From a virus (lineage: Duplodnaviria; Caudoviricetes): 27,963 nt of DNA. The stretch lies in IMG/VR virus record IMGVR_UViG_3300037463_000035, positions 1 through 27,963 of that record; one strand, 5' to 3'. The translations under genes and the position numbers were made by a program. A model generated the notes under the pieces. That model saw nothing but the letters and a program-made list of their open reading frames with translations, did no database searches and had not been told where the DNA came from. Of this stretch, positions 1-7,114 are shown piece by piece (the first letter of the stretch is position 1; every line of letters starts with the position of its first letter).

Positions 1-83
1 CGGCGGGCGCCCTACCCGTGAGCGCCCGCCGGAACCCGTGGAAAATCGCACCGCTACGCGTACCGCACATGGGAATACGGGTG
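1..83 (+). ncRNA. Putative structured RNA motif, copy 1 (5' side possibly cut by window edge)
   Basis: Stem CGGCGGGCGC(1-10)/GCGCCCGCCG(22-31), loop CCTACCCGTGA. Second stem CCCGTG(35-40)/CATGGG(68-73), with GAAAA after its 5' strand. Loop TACCCGTG(13-20) can pair with TACGGGTG(76-83). Same architecture as 26056-26140. Confidence 0.5.
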
Positions 84-155
84 CCCACTTGTGCCCATAA
101 TGGCCGAGAGCGGGTCCCGCCCCTCGCGGCGGTGGACGCCCCCCGCCACTGGCGC

Positions 156-1337
156 TTATCCGCCAAACTCGCAGCGTCGGGCGGGAGCCTGGGCGGTGAG
201 GATGGAGTACACGACGGGCAGAATCCGCTCGGCGGTGCGTAGCGTGCGCTGCACCTCGATCCGAGTAGCGTCCGTAGCGAGCTTCGCGGCGGCCCACGAC
301 CAGCCATCCCGCCGCCCCCAAATGGCAGCAGCGATGACATCCAACTGCGCCTCTCGCTCCCCCGCCTCTTCTACTTGGTTCGGGCAAGGGGCGACGCCGG
401 GGGGCGGCTCCAACCAGATGGCACAGACCACCGGCGCGTCCACGTCATCCCCGGCGGTGAACTCCGCCTCTTCCCGGCTGTAGACGATCCGCTCGTCCCC
501 CGTCACGGGGTCGGTAACCAGCCACGCGTGCGGCTCGGAGGAGGGGTGAGCCTGCGCTGGCGTGCGGCCGTACGGATGCTCATCCGGGAGCGGGGCTGCG
601 CCGGCAGCGCGCGCTTCGTTCCCCGCGCTGGGATCGCCGGAGGGGCACGCAGGCCTGTGGGGTTCGCCGTCCTTGAGCTTGGCGAAACACTCCAGGCACA
701 CCTCGCCCCTGGCGGCGGCCAACTCGTGCGCCATCCACTGAACGTCTTCAGCCCGGTTGCGCAGGCGGCGAATCTCTTCGTCAGAGACGCGCATCCCCGT
801 TCCCAAGCACACGTCGCATGACGTGCCTTCGCCCGAGTAGTCCGCAGGCCCTTCGCCGCTCCCGACACACGCTGAGCAGTCTGCAGTCGGGAGGGCGGCC
901 GCGTGGCCCAACGCTTCCAGCGCCGCCCACGCCGCCTTCATCCTCTCGCGCGGGTAGCCTGTCGCCCATTGGAGCACGCCGCCAACCTCGTTGAACCACT
1001 CCACCGTCTCGCCGCTCTCGGCCAGCGGGGGGGGGGCGCCGGCCGCGCGCGCTTCGTTGACGAGCCGGTAGAGGCGGGGGTACGGGTTGTCACCGTGCTC
1101 CCGGTGCTGTTCGCCCAGCCAAGTACCGTGCGGCGAGAACAGGCCCTCCACTGCCTCGAACAAGCGGTATAGGGCGGGTAGCGCAGCGAACCCGGGCGTG
1201 TCCAGCACGAGCGCCACCTCGACCTCCCGCATGACGGCATCCATCGTCTCGGCGTGCGTCTGCCCATGCGTGAACTGTCCGTTGCTTACGTGGGCGGAGA
1301 TCCGCTCCCGCACCTTGTCCAGTAGGGGGTCGTTCAT
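156..1337 (-). CDS. Mosaic hypothetical phage protein with CxxCxGxG (DnaJ-like) and CxxC...H..C Zn-binding motifs
   Basis: 393-aa ORF with RBS GAGAGGAG upstream. Motifs CSACVGSG, CDVCLGTG and CLEC...HRPAC. Internal repeat NEARAAGA. Confidence 0.75.
   Translation of the reverse strand: MNDPLLDKVRERISAHVSNGQFTHGQTHAETMDAVMREVEVALVLDTPGFAALPALYRLFEAVEGLFSPHGTWLGEQHREHGDNPYPRLYRLVNEARAAGAPPPLAESGETVEWFNEVGGVLQWATGYPRERMKAAWAALEALGHAAALPTADCSACVGSGEGPADYSGEGTSCDVCLGTGMRVSDEEIRRLRNRAEDVQWMAHELAAARGEVCLECFAKLKDGEPHRPACPSGDPSAGNEARAAGAAPLPDEHPYGRTPAQAHPSSEPHAWLVTDPVTGDERIVYSREEAEFTAGDDVDAPVVCAIWLEPPPGVAPCPNQVEEAGEREAQLDVIAAAIWGRRDGWSWAAAKLATDATRIEVQRTLRTAERILPVVYSILTAQAPARRCEFGG
598..1058. repeat. 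23-bp direct repeat (598-620 and 1036-1058, one mismatch) inside the 393-aa ORF
   Basis: GCGCCGGCAGCGCGCGCTTCGTT vs GCGCCGGCCGCGCGCGCTTCGTT; both encode NEARAAGA on the minus strand. Confidence 0.8.
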
Positions 1338-1373
1338 CGGTGTGTGCTCCTCTCGGTGTTCATTCAGGTCCGT

Positions 1374-1625
1374 TTATGCAGCCAATGCCGCGTCGAAGTC
1401 ACCGGCGGCATCCAGCGTCACGACGCACGCTTCCTGAGACCAGGCGTCCCGCCACCCATCCAACCACCAGTCGCGGCAACGTGAGCCATCGTCGACGTAC
1501 GGGCAGAGATTCGCAGGGTAGCCCGCTTCGAACGCGTCGAACCCCTGGCAGTAAGCACCGAACGGGTGGTGTACTTCGCAGTCGCGCGGGTCATCCTCGT
1601 ACGCGATGAGCGGGCGAAGTTCCAT
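1374..1625 (-). CDS. Ribosome modulation factor (Rmf)/CrpP-fold small protein
   Basis: AYCQGFDAFEAG..CPY.......WWLDGWRDA matches the Rmf-like pattern AYxxGxxA...G....CPY....W..GW. RBS GAGGGG upstream. Confidence 0.7.
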   Translation of the reverse strand: MELRPLIAYEDDPRDCEVHHPFGAYCQGFDAFEAGYPANLCPYVDDGSRCRDWWLDGWRDAWSQEACVVTLDAAGDFDAALAA

Positions 1626-2487
1626 GGGGCCCCTCGTTGACGTGCGTGTGTTTGATTACGCCGGTAATACGATCCTGGCGAGCTGGAGGCCGTTCCACCA
1701 CCTTATCCCAGGTAAGGACTGCGTCGCCCGGAATGAGATTGAACTGCGGCAACTCAGGTAGGTCGGGCAAGGAGAAGCGGACGCGCGCCTGGTGCCAGCT
1801 CGCCCACATCACCAAGGGTGCCACGTCGCACGCACGGGGGTTGATCTCCATTCCGGTGAAGTTGGCGGGCGTGATGCGCCTTCTAAACACCTCCGGCGGT
1901 GCGTCCAGCCAAGTGAGCCAACGGCGCACGTCAGCCTCCACTTCCATCAGCATCTCCATGCAGACGTAGAGGATGTTTCCGGTTCCACATGCAGGGTCCA
2001 GGATCCGAAGCGAGCAAAGCCACGCGTGGTACTCGCTGACAAGGTCTGCCGCGACCGCGCGCCACGCTCCCTGGTACGTGACCGACAGTCCACCCGCGTA
2101 GTGCCTGGTGCTGCGCCACTTCTCGAACACCGGCGCGAAGGTGGCGCGGGCAAGCCTTTCGACGTACGAGCGGGGCGTATACTCCGCACCAGTTTTTCGC
2201 CGAATGGATCCGGACATCCCCCGCGTTACGATCCCGCCCAGCGTGACGGGCTCCACCCCGCCCCACGCGTTCAACGCCGCCCCGTCCAGGAGGATGGCGA
2301 CATCAACTGCTAGGGGCGCGGGACCGGGCGGTCCGCCATCCAGCGCGCGAGCCTCGCGGAACAACTCCACGACGGCGGCGGCCAATCGCGACGCGGCCAC
2401 GTCGCGAGGAACGCCTTCGGCATCCAACCGTGAGGCGGCTGCCCGAATCGCGGCGGTGCACCGACCCTCCGCGGACATCATGGGCAT
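1591..2487 (-). CDS. Truncated MmeI-like (type IIL/IIG) N6-adenine DNA methyltransferase fragment
   Basis: RRKTGAEYTPRSYVERL (motif X), ILDPACGTGNIL (motif I, SAM binding), FTGMEINP, NLIPGDAV. The ORF ends before any NPPF/Y catalytic motif. Its start overlaps the sigma stop (ATGA). Confidence 0.8.
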   Translation of the reverse strand: MPMMSAEGRCTAAIRAAASRLDAEGVPRDVAASRLAAAVVELFREARALDGGPPGPAPLAVDVAILLDGAALNAWGGVEPVTLGGIVTRGMSGSIRRKTGAEYTPRSYVERLARATFAPVFEKWRSTRHYAGGLSVTYQGAWRAVAADLVSEYHAWLCSLRILDPACGTGNILYVCMEMLMEVEADVRRWLTWLDAPPEVFRRRITPANFTGMEINPRACDVAPLVMWASWHQARVRFSLPDLPELPQFNLIPGDAVLTWDKVVERPPARQDRITGVIKHTHVNEGPHGTSPAHRVRG

Positions 2488-3347
2488 CGCTTGCGCGGGG
2501 GCCGCGGTCCCCCGCCCGGCGGGTAGAGTCCGCCGGGTCCCACTCGGTACTCCCAGGCGCCGCCCCGTTGCATGTCCAACTCACGCAGGCGCTTCAACGA
2601 CCAAGAGCGCTGCATGCGAATCGCAGGGCCCTTCTTGCCCAATGACTTCTGGATGGCACTGGCTGAATGGTGCTCAACTCCATCCACTCCGTAAGTCATC
2701 CGCAGCAATTGCGCGTGCGGGGTCGGCAGCAACCGCAGCATCACCTGCACATCCCACTGCTTGATCCGCAGGTCAAGCCACTCGTCGGTGTCGGTAGCGG
2801 GCTCGCGCGTTGCGCCGGATACCCCCCTCGGCTCACCGGCAGGCCGACGTACAGCGAGCGCAGCGCGAACCCAGCCCACCGACAGGCCCAGCGTCTGGGC
2901 GACGAGCACGGCTTTCTCGTTGTCGTTCAAGCTCGGGTGCTCGCGCCCCGCCGCCTGGAATGCCCGGGCGACGCGATGAACCTTCTTAGCACGGTCTACG
3001 GACATTGCGAGCGCCGCCCGCTCACATACAGCGTAGTCGAAAAGCGCCCGACGGATCCAGAGGGTCGCGAGGGTGGTAAAGCTACCCCGCCCCGGCTGGA
3101 ACTCTCGCGCTGCGCACATCAGGCCGTAGTTGCCTTGAGCGACCAGCTCGTCCAAGTCGAACTCGGGTGCGTACCGCCTGGCCATCGTGACCACCAACCG
3201 GAGATGCGAAACGATGAACTCGTCGATCGCGCCTTCGTCTCCGGCGGCAAGGCGCTGCTCCAGCGCGAGCTCTTCAGCGCGGGCGAGAGGCCCGACGTCG
3301 CGAATCTCATGGAGGTACTGGCCGAACCCGTCCCGTTCGGCCTCCAT
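2478..3347 (-). CDS. Phage-encoded, divergent sigma70-family RNA polymerase sigma factor
   Basis: Region 1.2 QYLHEIRDVGPLARAEELAL, region 2.1 SHLRLVVTMARRY, 2.2 ELVAQGNYGL, 2.3-2.4 FQPGRGSFTTLATLWIRRAL, region 4-like LLRMTYGVDG...SLKRLR. ATG overlaps the upstream TGA. Confidence 0.88.
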   Translation of the reverse strand: MEAERDGFGQYLHEIRDVGPLARAEELALEQRLAAGDEGAIDEFIVSHLRLVVTMARRYAPEFDLDELVAQGNYGLMCAAREFQPGRGSFTTLATLWIRRALFDYAVCERAALAMSVDRAKKVHRVARAFQAAGREHPSLNDNEKAVLVAQTLGLSVGWVRAALAVRRPAGEPRGVSGATREPATDTDEWLDLRIKQWDVQVMLRLLPTPHAQLLRMTYGVDGVEHHSASAIQKSLGKKGPAIRMQRSWSLKRLRELDMQRGGAWEYRVGPGGLYPPGGGPRPPRKRCP

Positions 3348-4015
3348 CAACGCCCGCGAAGTGGCACGGTATGCACATCCTCTGCGGCGACCTCCAAACC
3401 CTGCAGGTAGAACAACGCCCGCGCCAACCCTTCATCGCCGTCACCGGCGATCTCCAGAGGGCTCTTCCCGCCGAGAGCGGCGGCCGGGGTGTTCAGCCAT
3501 GCGTGCTGCTTGTGGCACGCGCGCCTGTTCGCGGCCGCGAGCGCGGCACACAGCGGCGCCGCGCAGTCGATGGTGCAGTAGTATGGAGGGTGTTCGCGCC
3601 TGGCGCGGTCGCGCGCTGCATGGATGCCCTCGAGCCTGTCGAAGACGCTCTCCGCCTCATCCGTGATGCGCCTCCGCCGCTCCGCCCAAGCGTCGTCAAG
3701 CGCCCGAAGCCGCAGCGCCTCCTTCTTGAGCGGTCCGCTGTGCCCCACCAGGTCGTACACACCGGCGGCGCCTAAGTGAGTGCGGCCACCCGTACGGGTG
3801 GAGACCGGCCATTTCGCCAACAGCTTGCCGAACAGCGGTTGAGCGAGGCGCCGTCCAGTGAGATCTTTGCCGTCCAGTCGGCCGGCGCGCCCGTCGGGAT
3901 CCGGGATCAGTAGGAACCGGGCATCGGCCTCCCGCCTGTTCCGCAAGCGGTTGAGCGTCCAGAGCCGCAGGGCCTCGACATCCGTCAGTTCGTGTGGCTC
4001 GCTGAGGTATGACAT
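3347..4015 (-). CDS. Protein with C-terminal Xre/MbcA/ParS antitoxin toxin-binding domain (DUF2384-like)
   Basis: C-terminal AWLNTPAAALGGKSPLEIAGDGDEGLARALFYL is typical of MbcA/ParS C-terminal domains. Start reassigned to ATG 4015, preceded by RBS GGAGGT (4023-4028). Confidence 0.7.
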   Translation of the reverse strand: MSYLSEPHELTDVEALRLWTLNRLRNRREADARFLLIPDPDGRAGRLDGKDLTGRRLAQPLFGKLLAKWPVSTRTGGRTHLGAAGVYDLVGHSGPLKKEALRLRALDDAWAERRRRITDEAESVFDRLEGIHAARDRARREHPPYYCTIDCAAPLCAALAAANRRACHKQHAWLNTPAAALGGKSPLEIAGDGDEGLARALFYLQGLEVAAEDVHTVPLRGR

Positions 4016-4085
4016 GTGGGAGACCTCCAGGCATGGTGACGTTGGGGGTTTGCGTCGCGATACGCAGCCGTTCCCAACTGTACCC

Positions 4086-4114
4086 AAATTACTCCCACGA
4101 GTCCCGTCTGTCAA
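4086..4114 (-). promoter_or_regulatory. sigma70-type promoter for the accessory operon
   Basis: TTGACA (4114-4109), 17 bp, TAATTT (4091-4086), with AT-rich sequence upstream, about 70 nt before ATG 4015. Confidence 0.7.
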
Positions 4115-4179
4115 TATCTTATTAGCACCCCTCGTCCTATGGCCCCCCCCCTGGCTCGCAGTGCGTAGCACGAAAAAGC

Positions 4180-4380
4180 CTACGCGGGCGGATCCGTAGC
4201 CCGACCGTGGCGACCCGGGTCGGCGAGCAGCGCGGAGCCCGCCAGCAGGAACTGCCCGATGAGGTCCGAGCGTCCGGGATGCACGAACGCGAGAACGCAC
4301 GCGGTCAGGATCAGCAGCAGGGCCATGATGCTGGTGAGCCCGGCACGAAGGTCCCGAATCGTTCGAATGAGGGGGCTCAC
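4180..4380 (-). CDS. Small two-TM membrane protein, putative holin
   Basis: 66 aa with hydrophobic segments LTSIMALLLILTACVLAFV and LIGQFLLAGSALLA. Last gene of the late operon, coupled to the upstream ORF. Confidence 0.55.
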   Translation of the reverse strand: MSPLIRTIRDLRAGLTSIMALLLILTACVLAFVHPGRSDLIGQFLLAGSALLADPGRHGRATDPPA

Positions 4381-4712
4381 GGCCGTTCTCCGTGTGCGCG
4401 GGGTGGGCGGTCTCTCCGAGCCGTCTCCGGGGGCTCGCCCCTGTACGCGGTCCAGAGGTTGTTAACATCCTGCTCGAGAGTCAGCACGTGCTGCTGCAGC
4501 AGCGATACCTTTTCGTGGGTGGTGGCGCCTTGCTGCTCGATGTGAGCCACCCGTGCCGGCAGGTTTTCCGTCCGCGCGTCGATGCGCGACAGCAACCAGG
4601 AGAGCCGCCAGGCGGCGCCGATGAGCACCACCACGGTGACGAGCGAGATGGCCGTCTCGGACGAAATGAGAGGCTGGGTTCCGCTCTGGGCGAGTGCGAC
4701 GGCAAGTGTCAT
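4377..4712 (-). CDS. Single-TM plus coiled-coil protein (lysis-cassette associated, holin/XhlA-like)
   Basis: TM AISLVTVVVLIGAAWRLSWLL followed by heptad-like RVAHIEQQ...VSLLQQHVLTLEQDV. Start taken at ATG 4712. Confidence 0.6.
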   Translation of the reverse strand: MTLAVALAQSGTQPLISSETAISLVTVVVLIGAAWRLSWLLSRIDARTENLPARVAHIEQQGATTHEKVSLLQQHVLTLEQDVNNLWTAYRGEPPETARRDRPPRAHGERP

Positions 4713-5032
4713 GAGGGCTTCCGTGATGCCGGGGCTGAGCACGTGGCCGAAAAACGGAACGAGGGCTGCGCCGAGACGCGACCACATTCCGTGGATCGCG
4801 GGGGGCCAGCCCTCTGGGCTATTCTTGTAATGCCGACCACGAATGGTACAGGATGATTCCCACATGCACAAGCGTTCCGGGAGCGAGCGGGAAACCTCAT
4901 CTCTTTGACGTGAAAGCTCTTTCCCCCAGCCTGCCCTGCGCGGATCCCCGCTACCGAGCCGATCCCGGCAGCCTCGACCTTCGCCTTCATCTCCATCAGA
5001 GTAGCGTAGTGGTGAGGACGTCGGTGTTCAGG

Positions 5033-7114
5033 CTACTGCTGCGCCCAACCAGCTGCCGTCCGCAACCAACGGCGGGCGACCGGTACAGGGTTGAGCGCCA
5101 CGGACCACCCGTTGTTGCGGTTGCTTGCCGCACCCGTCGCTGTAGCCGTTTGCGCCGCCGCCGTCCCCTCCGCAGCCTGTGCTGTGTCCGCCAAGGTGAT
5201 TGCCTGGTTGCCATTCGTACTGTTCGCAACCGCCCAGCGTGTGGTGCCTGATGGTGCAGGCAGACTGGTGACGCCGCGCGCGCCGAAGAATCTCAGAATC
5301 AGGCTGTTCGGCATCAAGCTTGTAACAGCCGGCACGTCCACGGTAAGATCCAGGGTTGAGTCCGCGGCGCTGGTCGCCGCTCCGATTGGGTTGGTGGTGC
5401 TTGCACCGCTGTAGGCCGCGATGCCACCGGCCATGCGCCCCACGTCGCCGCCCTGAACGAAGTCGTAGCTGGCCGGCTCCGCACCCGCGCTTGTCACCAC
5501 CTTGTATGCGAGGGTGTGTAAACCGCCATCCGTAACATTTGCGTTTCCGATCAGCACCCAGCCAGCCGGCAGCGTGAGGCTGCTGGCCCGGTAGCGGATC
5601 TGCGCAATCATCACGTGCCCCTCCGCCAGACCTGCCGGCTTGGCGATCGTGAGCGTTGTGCCCGTGGTCGTAACGACCTGCGCCGTCTGCACGTTGACGA
5701 ACGCCGGGATGGAACTTCCTTCGTACTGCTCCCACACATCGCCCTCCACCGCGTTGGTGGGCTCCACCGAACCCATCCAGGTCACGCCCGCGTACCCGCC
5801 CGGCCGCGCGGCGCCTGCCGTCCCGCCATGCCTCAAGCGGGTAAGCGCGGCCGGGAGTGCGCCCGTGGCGGAGACGACCGCCGTGCCGTTGGCACTGATG
5901 CCGTTCGCCACGTCCAGTGAGCGAAGCCGCATAAACGGCAACGACTTCAGGTAGAAGCTGCTTCCCACCGGGTTCACATCGATAATGCTGGGCAGCGTGT
6001 CGAAGCTGTAGTTGCTGCAGATCAGGGAAAGCGTCGCACCTTGCGTCAGGTTGTTTGCGTTGCGAAGGAGCACCCACACACTGTTGTTGAACGCCTGCCA
6101 GTGCCCGCCCTCGATCGAGATCCCCGCCTGCGCGCTGCTGCTCTCGTTCCACAGCAGCTCGTTCATCGCGCGGGCACCCGGCGTGCTAGTCTTGAAATGG
6201 CACCCGACGGATTCCAGGTAGCCAGTGCAGCCAGCTCGCAGGTGGCAACATACGGCTTTGCCGCTCGCGTTGTTTGTAGCGTTGTTGTTCCGGGCGTAGA
6301 CGTGAGAGGCGATGAGCACGCTGGTAGCCTGGAGCGTGCCCGGAGCCCCAGTCATTTTTATTGTCGCAACCGTCCCGGCAATGTCTGCTAGGTAAGTATC
6401 TAGCGAACAGCCAAAGAAAAAGTGCCCGTAGTTTGCATTGTCATAGATAAGATGAAGGACGAAGGATGTGGGCGACTGCACATCCACGCCTCGCATCCCG
6501 GAGCCGGAGTGGAACGTCCCCGTGCCCAGCACCTTCACACTCCCAAACCCCATCGCATCGAGGAAAATACCGCCTGGAGCGACGAAGTTTCCAATGTGCA
6601 AGCCTGGCCCAAGGGAAATGACCCAGGGGTTACCCGCCGCCGCACCCCCTGCTACCGCCGCCGCGATAGCGTCCGGAATTGTCGAGTGGTCCCCTCTCCC
6701 GTACAGATCAACCTCCAGCAAGTGCCCCAGGTGCAGGAGTCGGTGTGCGTCCGGGAAATCCGCGATGGTAGATGCGAGCTGCGTCCCACTGTGGTTGCCG
6801 CGCTGGATGGAGTACGCCTGTACCGCTGCGTCACCGGCTACGCGCATAGTCGCTTCGGTGATGTCAGCGTTGAGCCGCGTCGTTGCCTCTGCGGCCAGAT
6901 CCGTGGTGTTTACCCCGTCCGTGATGCCGTACCCTTCAAGGGTGATGGGCTTTGCCCGCACCTGGGCAAACGTCGGGTGTTCTGTCGCGGTCGCCGGCTT
7001 TCCGGTGATGCCGGTAATCCAATCGACGGCCCCGGACGGCGCGCCGCTGCCCGACTGCTGGAACGCGCCCGGGGTATCTCCCTCGGCCCAGGGCGAGCCG
7101 TACGATGCATCCAT
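5033..7114 (-). CDS. Tail fibre/tailspike (receptor-binding protein) with probable beta-helix domain
   Basis: Tail-fibre motifs KPITLEGYGITD and RGNHSGTQLASTIADF. Beta-helix cap-like DHSTIPDAIAAA...VISLGPG. G/A/T-rich C-terminal beta-sandwich-like region. Located after the hub gene. Confidence 0.75.
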   Translation of the reverse strand: MDASYGSPWAEGDTPGAFQQSGSGAPSGAVDWITGITGKPATATEHPTFAQVRAKPITLEGYGITDGVNTTDLAAEATTRLNADITEATMRVAGDAAVQAYSIQRGNHSGTQLASTIADFPDAHRLLHLGHLLEVDLYGRGDHSTIPDAIAAAVAGGAAAGNPWVISLGPGLHIGNFVAPGGIFLDAMGFGSVKVLGTGTFHSGSGMRGVDVQSPTSFVLHLIYDNANYGHFFFGCSLDTYLADIAGTVATIKMTGAPGTLQATSVLIASHVYARNNNATNNASGKAVCCHLRAGCTGYLESVGCHFKTSTPGARAMNELLWNESSSAQAGISIEGGHWQAFNNSVWVLLRNANNLTQGATLSLICSNYSFDTLPSIIDVNPVGSSFYLKSLPFMRLRSLDVANGISANGTAVVSATGALPAALTRLRHGGTAGAARPGGYAGVTWMGSVEPTNAVEGDVWEQYEGSSIPAFVNVQTAQVVTTTGTTLTIAKPAGLAEGHVMIAQIRYRASSLTLPAGWVLIGNANVTDGGLHTLAYKVVTSAGAEPASYDFVQGGDVGRMAGGIAAYSGASTTNPIGAATSAADSTLDLTVDVPAVTSLMPNSLILRFFGARGVTSLPAPSGTTRWAVANSTNGNQAITLADTAQAAEGTAAAQTATATGAASNRNNGWSVALNPVPVARRWLRTAAGWAQQ

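Noticed and set aside
1-32. attL/attR or REP interpretation of the two hairpin copies
   Set aside because: att cores are normally identical rather than covarying, and only two copies occur. The GTAG seen on the minus strand lies in the loop, not at the foot of the stem as in REPs. Not fully excluded.
4170-4200. Terminator after the holin-like gene
   Set aside because: A T-tract is present on the minus strand, but the stem is only about 5 bp (CTACG/CGTAG), too weak to call.
4016-4468. N-terminal 151 aa of the listed 373-aa ORF (3347-4468)
   Set aside because: It overlaps two membrane-protein genes and a promoter. A strong RBS supports the start at 4015.
4709-4996. 95-aa minus-strand ORF between tail fibre and holin-like genes
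   Set aside because: No motif or convincing RBS and atypical composition. It cannot be supported as a gene or endolysin.
5033-5700. Diversity-generating retroelement target in the tail fibre C-terminus
   Set aside because: No template/variable repeat pair and no reverse transcriptase seen in the window.
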